A stretch of DNA of 39,214 nt from a virus. Taxonomy: Duplodnaviria; Caudoviricetes. A model generated the notes under the pieces. That model was not told the DNA's origin, ran no database searches, and worked only from the letters and a program-made list of their open reading frames with translations. The DNA lies in IMG/VR virus record IMGVR_UViG_3300027818_000001, positions 1-39,214 of that record; one strand, given 5' to 3'. Position numbers and translations under genes: made by a program. Below, piece by piece: positions 34,752 to 39,214 of the stretch; position 1 is the stretch's first letter, and every line of letters begins with the position of its first letter.

Positions 34752-35484
34752 CTGTACCCCCTTCCCCTGCTTCAACGCTTCCCACGGATTTTATTATTAT
34801 CCCAAAATTCTCAGTCGCCGTATAAATTATATCGGTTATATCTGTAACCTGATTACGCTGTCCAGCAATAAGCGTCGCAACCCGTGATTGTTCAACATTA
34901 TCTTTCAGTAAATCAATGGTTATGTTCGCGCCTGTCGGTGCGGTATCAAGATGTAACCCTATCTTTTTAATTGTTATCGCCGCAGGGAAATAAAATCCGT
35001 TGAATATGATTTTTTCATCAATAAATGTCCCGAATGCCGGTATAGTCAAAACTTTATTTAACACGTCAATATACCCCCTTGATACTTCGATATATTTAAA
35101 ATCTATTATCGCCACATGATGAAAAACATTGAGAGCAGGGTCTTTGAAACAACTGCCGCCAACACATTTTGACGTTAATACGCGGTAATCTGTTGATGTA
35201 ATTAAATTCTGCGCTTCATCCTGCCTGTCTAATAAATAAGAAATCCGGTCCCGTATCGTTTTCGATAAACTTACGCTGTCATCAATACAATTAAAAGCTA
35301 TTGATATTTCGCTGATATTCTCTTCATTCGACCCGAAAGCATTGGTATTAAATATAATGTACGGTGTTACCGCTCCATGCGGCGACTGCTCTGGGTATAT
35401 CTTGCTATTCGTCGGCACGGCATTAAGCAACGCGGAAAGCGTATCATCATTTTTAAGGTATGCAATCACGTCCGTTTCAATCAT
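34732..35484 (-). CDS. Tail terminator (DUF3168-like) with extra C-terminal beta-sandwich domain
   Basis: IE..V.AYL..D..L..L, KIYP...P...PYI; follows the gp10-like gene; about 115-aa extension. Confidence 0.72.
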   Translation of the reverse strand: MIETDVIAYLKNDDTLSALLNAVPTNSKIYPEQSPHGAVTPYIIFNTNAFGSNEENISEISIAFNCIDDSVSLSKTIRDRISYLLDRQDEAQNLITSTDYRVLTSKCVGGSCFKDPALNVFHHVAIIDFKYIEVSRGYIDVLNKVLTIPAFGTFIDEKIIFNGFYFPAAITIKKIGLHLDTAPTGANITIDLLKDNVEQSRVATLIAGQRNQVTDITDIIYTATENFGIIIKSVGSVEAGEGGTVAIHYQ

Positions 35485-35834
35485 GGTTTAATCTTTTTTA
35501 TCTCGCTTTTGAGTTTTTTAATCATCAAATCTGTCCCTGCTTTTAATCCAGGATATAGATACGGTTTCCCGTGCGCGCCAAATTCCTGATACGGCGCATA
35601 GTGTACATTCGTTCCCACAATCCCCGAATGTTCGTTTTTATTATCAATAAATTCATGCGTTATAGAGCTTCTTAATCTTCCCGTATCAACATTGACTTCT
35701 TTTTTTGCCGTACCTTCCGCTTTCAATGTCGCATCTCTTACAATATTTTTTACCGTTTCGTCGCATTTCTGCATGAGAGATAACAGTTTTTTCAATACTT
35801 CTTTGTCGCCGACAACCTGCGTATAAATTTGCAT
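35481..35834 (-). CDS. HK97 gp10-like neck protein
   Basis: VDTGRLRSSI, VGTNVHYAPYQEFG, PYLYP. Confidence 0.88.
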   Translation of the reverse strand: MQIYTQVVGDKEVLKKLLSLMQKCDETVKNIVRDATLKAEGTAKKEVNVDTGRLRSSITHEFIDNKNEHSGIVGTNVHYAPYQEFGAHGKPYLYPGLKAGTDLMIKKLKSEIKKIKP

Positions 35835-36172
35835 TATGCTATTTTCTCCGTTATTACTTCCAAATGATGCACGCCTATCGAATCGTATATTTCATCAACC
35901 AGCAATATTGCATAGGTATCACTGCCGACAATCAACCTGTGATCTTTGCTATTTAATGTTACCCCCGCTTGTACCTTCATAAAAAATATATGTGTCGCTC
36001 TCTCGTAAACCTCACGCGGTGTGCCTACCAATCCACCGCCCGCACCATCAATCCTGCATGACACATCAGTAACTGCATCCGCCCAGCTCTCTATCATTTG
36101 CCCATAACTATCCTGTGTCTCCGTTTTTAATTGTATCGTGCAGGTAGATATACTTAAACTATCAAATGACAT
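35834..36172 (-). CDS. Head closure / head-tail joining protein (SPP1 gp16-like)
   Basis: TIQ...TQDSYG...W, Y.I..V, HHLEV. Confidence 0.8.
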   Translation of the reverse strand: MSFDSLSISTCTIQLKTETQDSYGQMIESWADAVTDVSCRIDGAGGGLVGTPREVYERATHIFFMKVQAGVTLNSKDHRLIVGSDTYAILLVDEIYDSIGVHHLEVITEKIA

Positions 36173-36756
36173 TAGATATTTCTCCGCCGATGATACGTTA
36201 ATATTCCCGATATATCAGCAGGTAATGGTATCCCGTTTACTAAAATATCGCTTTTCCCATACGTTACAGAATATTTACCCATGCTTTCAGAGTTAATACC
36301 TGCCTTACCTTTTTGTGAATATACAATCCCGCATATCTGCGCGCACGCGTATTTTATATCAGCAGGGATTGCCGCAATAAGATAACCTGCTGTATAGGTT
36401 ATCCGGTAATTTCTTTTGCCTATAGCAGTTTTCCCGCGCATATAAACATATCCCTCATCAAGATACGGTATGTAATCAGTGTCTACCGTAAATGATTGTA
36501 ATTGCACATTGTTATAGGTATCCCAGCTTTCAACCAGCGTCAATACGGTAACCGGATAATTTTTCAGCCAGATATGTCTTTCCCCGTCCCCGTCATACGC
36601 TTCTTTGGTATATGCTTGAGACAAGAATTTCCTGTTTGTAAATGTCTCGATTATATCCGAAGCTATGGCAATAAGCGTGGTTTTAAGTGCGGCATCCGCT
36701 ATGGTTATCTGTAGAATTTGCTCCAATTCAGCCGACGTTATTAATGCGTCCGACAT
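36172..36756 (-). CDS. Head-tail connector (adaptor) protein
   Basis: AS..IE.FTNRKF, YPV, ITYTAGY..IPADIK.A, SESMG.YSVTY. Confidence 0.85.
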   Translation of the reverse strand: MSDALITSAELEQILQITIADAALKTTLIAIASDIIETFTNRKFLSQAYTKEAYDGDGERHIWLKNYPVTVLTLVESWDTYNNVQLQSFTVDTDYIPYLDEGYVYMRGKTAIGKRNYRITYTAGYLIAAIPADIKYACAQICGIVYSQKGKAGINSESMGKYSVTYGKSDILVNGIPLPADISGILTYHRRRNI

Positions 36757-36768
36757 ATAGTTAACCTC

Positions 36769-37365
36769 TTACGGTTGTAATTGTTCGTAAAAATCCGCGT
36801 ATATCCCTATATCCGCCGCTGTTTGAGCTGTAACATTACGGACAGCGATGAGATACAAAGATTCTGCGCCGACATATTCAGCGCCGTCTTTGAATGCCTT
36901 GTCAGAATTAAAACTTTGAGCATTAGCGGGTATGAAGATTGTCGGCGATATTTGTGTCCCAACCGTCGTTACCGTCGGTGTATGGTACATTATCGCTGTT
37001 GCAGTATCAGCTATTTTTTGATTGAGATTATACGAAGGAACTACTGTCCCGCTTGATGTAATAACAGGGGTCCGGTAGATATTCATAACAACCGGCTGGT
37101 CTGATACTATCGTCAATGTCGCATGGATTTCGTCCGCCGTAAATGCCGTTGTTGCTACATCAACCATAAAATACGCTGTTGCACCAGCCTCGACATTATC
37201 ATATAAATGCCCTGTGCGAAAAATTTGCCCGAGATGCACTTTTGTATGAGCATCCGTTATCATGCCTATTGACCGTGCAGGTTTTGCCGGTACTTGCCCG
37301 CCGAATGAATTTACTGCTGATAATCCCGTAATAAAAACAGCTAATACTAAAAACTTTCTGAACAT
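36769..37365 (-). CDS. Beta-rich protein with signal peptide in the head-neck region
   Basis: MFRKFLVLAVFITGLSAVNSFG|G; H..VH.G..F motif; GAGGGGG RBS. Confidence 0.7.
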   Translation of the reverse strand: MFRKFLVLAVFITGLSAVNSFGGQVPAKPARSIGMITDAHTKVHLGQIFRTGHLYDNVEAGATAYFMVDVATTAFTADEIHATLTIVSDQPVVMNIYRTPVITSSGTVVPSYNLNQKIADTATAIMYHTPTVTTVGTQISPTIFIPANAQSFNSDKAFKDGAEYVGAESLYLIAVRNVTAQTAADIGIYADFYEQLQP

Positions 37366-37385
37366 AAATGCACCCCCTCACATTT

Positions 37386-37437
37386 AAAAAAGCGGGCTAT
37401 CTGCAAGCTATAAGATAACCATACAAATAACCCGCTT
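37386..37437 (-). terminator. Long G-U-rich hairpin terminator after the capsid block
   Basis: AGCGGGTTATTTGTA...TGCAGATAGCCCGCT followed by TTTTT; mismatches resolve as G-U pairs only on the minus strand. Confidence 0.78.
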
Positions 37438-37467
37438 CCTATCTCACACTTTTGCGATCTGCGATCG

Positions 37468-37860
37468 TTATCGGTAAAATATCGTTACTCTTACCGTACT
37501 GCCTGTTGACGATTTCCGCACACACAAATCTTCAAGCTTCAAATAATCCGAGTGTATCGGAAATTGTATCTGCACAATCCCCGGCGAATACGTTAACGTT
37601 GAAACATCTACCGCAAATGCTGTCGTAATCGTGGTCGTTGAATCAGCATTCTCGTAAAACGTAACTGTCTGCAATACTTCTGGCAGACTGTTCGAGATAA
37701 TGATTTTCTCAATCCTCGCCACACCTGATATTTGCGCGCTTGTCGCGCCTACTTCCGTAACTGCGTAAGTCGTCGCCGCCACATAGTACGGTATTACACC
37801 ATCAGCAAACCCTAACATCGGCAATAAAATTATTGCCATAATACTTATTAATTTACGCAT
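37468..37860 (-). CDS. 130-aa beta-sandwich-like protein with signal peptide, at the decoration-protein position
   Basis: AAGGGAGGAG RBS before ATG 37860; MRKLISIMAIILLPMLGFA|D. Confidence 0.72.
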   Translation of the reverse strand: MRKLISIMAIILLPMLGFADGVIPYYVAATTYAVTEVGATSAQISGVARIEKIIISNSLPEVLQTVTFYENADSTTTITTAFAVDVSTLTYSPGIVQIQFPIHSDYLKLEDLCVRKSSTGSTVRVTIFYR

Positions 37861-38077
37861 ACTTTCTCCTCCCTTTTTTGTATTGTTTATTCGGACTCCT
37901 ATCAGTAGAATTAACTTCTTTGCTCTCGATAGTCTCGATAGTCTCGATAGTCTCGATAGTCTTAATAGGTTCAATTAAGTGAGCATATCGCCGAGCTTCG
38001 GCATCAGTAAATTCCCTGATTTCACCCTTTGCGAAAGTAAGATAGCCGCCGAAAGCTTTTTTAATTTCGCACTTCAT
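37853..38077 (-). CDS. Small capsid-adjacent protein
   Basis: TAATG-coupled to the capsid stop; F.KGEI.E....A..Y motif; IET repeats. Confidence 0.7.
   Translation of the reverse strand: MKCEIKKAFGGYLTFAKGEIREFTDAEARRYAHLIEPIKTIETIETIETIESKEVNSTDRSPNKQYKKGRRKYA
37924..37968. repeat. 9-bp tandem repeat (TCTCGATAG)x4 plus one degenerate copy
   Basis: Read directly; encodes IKT-IET-IET-IET-IES. Confidence 0.9.
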
Positions 38078-39214
38078 TAAGCAACCCCTGTCAACCGGAC
38101 AAAGTTCTCAGGATTAACAACAATCACTGAACGCCGCATTACGAAACGGTATCCTGTCTGGTCAGTCAGCCAGTAGTTTGCACCCGCTCCGTCAACCGCG
38201 CTATTTGATATTTCAACCTGTATCCCAGCGCCTGCGCCAGCCGCTTTATATCCTAACAGCACGTTTTTAAAATTGCCGTATACAATATGTGTTGCCACAC
38301 ATTGACTCGACAAATTAATGGGTATCCCCAGCACAGTATTCTGCATTGCGCCGTTGATGCTGTTCAAATTCCACAACGGTCTGCCATTACCGTCAACCAA
38401 ACCCATAATCAGATTAAGCACTGCGCGCCGCATATACATCTCTGCGCCAGCTCTCGCTTGCTCCAGCATTCCCGCGTTGTTGATAATCGCAAGTAAATCT
38501 GCATAAACAAGATTCAACCCTGTTTGAGCAACAGCATTAACGCCAACCGCATAACTTACGCCGATGAAAGGATCGGTATTCCCCGCAAGGATTGACCGCT
38601 CTAATTCAACCGCCATATTCTCGCCCACTAACTCCGAAACCCTGTCTGTCAGGTTAGAAGTATTGTCGGCAAGCAGTTCGTCGGTAAACGTAACTATTGC
38701 CGCCATTTTATGCAGTATGGATTGTTTCTGTTGTAGAGTAGGTTTCGTATACAGCTTGCTTCCCTCTTCATCAACCCACGTTACAGTCAGGTCAGTTAAC
38801 CATTTCGGGATATTTTTAGTAAACCCGTCCATAGCTCCATGCGGATACGGAGTACATTTCGGCACGATAGTCGTTATGTCGTTTAGTTTGCCATAAATGA
38901 CCGTATCATGCCCCGTAGGTACGGTATACCCGCCTTGCGCTGGCGTACCTTCCGTCATTGACGCTTTCAGCACCTCATGGTCATGGTTCTTAACCGCAAG
39001 CAACCATTTCCCTAATGATATGCGCTCCTTTGTCTGCGGTTCAGCATTTCCCGGCGATTTCCTTGTCGCCAGAAGCCTCTCCATTTCAAGAAGTATGTCG
39101 GCTTTCATCTTTTCGAGTTCATCTCGTTTTATGGCGTCTGCCTGTACAATACCCCCAGCCGGCTCTTTTTCTTTAGCCAGCTTTTCAAGTAACCCATGCA
39201 AGTCAGTTACTTGT
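38077..39214 (-). CDS. HK97-fold major capsid protein (start at 156 across the junction)
   Basis: GGYTVP, WVDE, KMAAIVTFTDELLAD, DGNGRPLW, LGIPI, YGNF. Confidence 0.93.
   Translation of the reverse strand, partial: QVTDLHGLLEKLAKEKEPAGGIVQADAIKRDELEKMKADILLEMERLLATRKSPGNAEPQTKERISLGKWLLAVKNHDHEVLKASMTEGTPAQGGYTVPTGHDTVIYGKLNDITTIVPKCTPYPHGAMDGFTKNIPKWLTDLTVTWVDEEGSKLYTKPTLQQKQSILHKMAAIVTFTDELLADNTSNLTDRVSELVGENMAVELERSILAGNTDPFIGVSYAVGVNAVAQTGLNLVYADLLAIINNAGMLEQARAGAEMYMRRAVLNLIMGLVDGNGRPLWNLNSINGAMQNTVLGIPINLSSQCVATHIVYGNFKNVLLGYKAAGAGAGIQVEISNSAVDGAGANYWLTDQTGYRFVMRRSVIVVNPENFVRLTGVA
39088..39214. repeat. Exact 127-bp terminal direct repeat, right copy
   Basis: Identical to 1-127. Confidence 0.95.

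Noticed and set aside
37861-37974. N-terminal extension MNLLRLSRLSRLS of the 37468 ORF
   Set aside because: It is the 9-bp repeat read in another frame; the strong RBS points to ATG 37860.
8-38896. Plus-strand ORFs in the track
   Set aside because: They lie opposite well-supported minus-strand genes and show no recognisable motifs or RBS; treated as shadow frames.
39088-39214. 127-bp repeat as a physical terminal repeat or att site
   Set aside because: It falls inside the capsid gene and 127 is a common assembler k-mer; best read as a circular overlap.
1-39214. Stop-codon reassignment
   Set aside because: Genes tile densely in the standard code and TAA, TGA and TAG all end full-length conserved proteins.

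Overview
The window is a complete, circularly assembled genome of a tailed dsDNA phage with a siphovirus-like gene set (39,087 bp unique; bases 1-127 are repeated exactly at 39088-39214). Every credible gene is on the minus strand. Read along that strand from a consensus sigma70 promoter at about 18.1 kb, the order is: small early genes; recombination genes (putative annealing protein, PD-(D/E)XK nuclease); an SF2 helicase-DNA methyltransferase fusion; a replication initiator with internal 11-bp iterons; DnaB-like helicase; radical SAM protein; NinG-like nuclease; terminases; a portal fused to a Mu-F/SPP1-gp7 domain; HK97-type protease and capsid; neck genes; a cassette of exported proteins; tail genes with a -1 frameshifted chaperone; a lysis cassette that contains a Pal/OmpA lipoprotein; ParB-N protein and C5 methyltransferase. 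I found no integrase, CI-type repressor, tRNA or CRISPR array. The strongest oddity is that five to seven genes of the morphogenesis operon, including capsid-adjacent proteins and a 1,086-aa fibre-like protein, begin with Sec or lipoprotein signal peptides, although virions assemble in the cytoplasm. Other notable items: a kissing-loop RNA element before the initiator gene, a G11 tract at the Pal RBS, a pilin-like leader, CsrA-like repeats before the protease, and near-total absence of GGCC. All functional calls come from motif recognition and gene order by eye; no database search was run.
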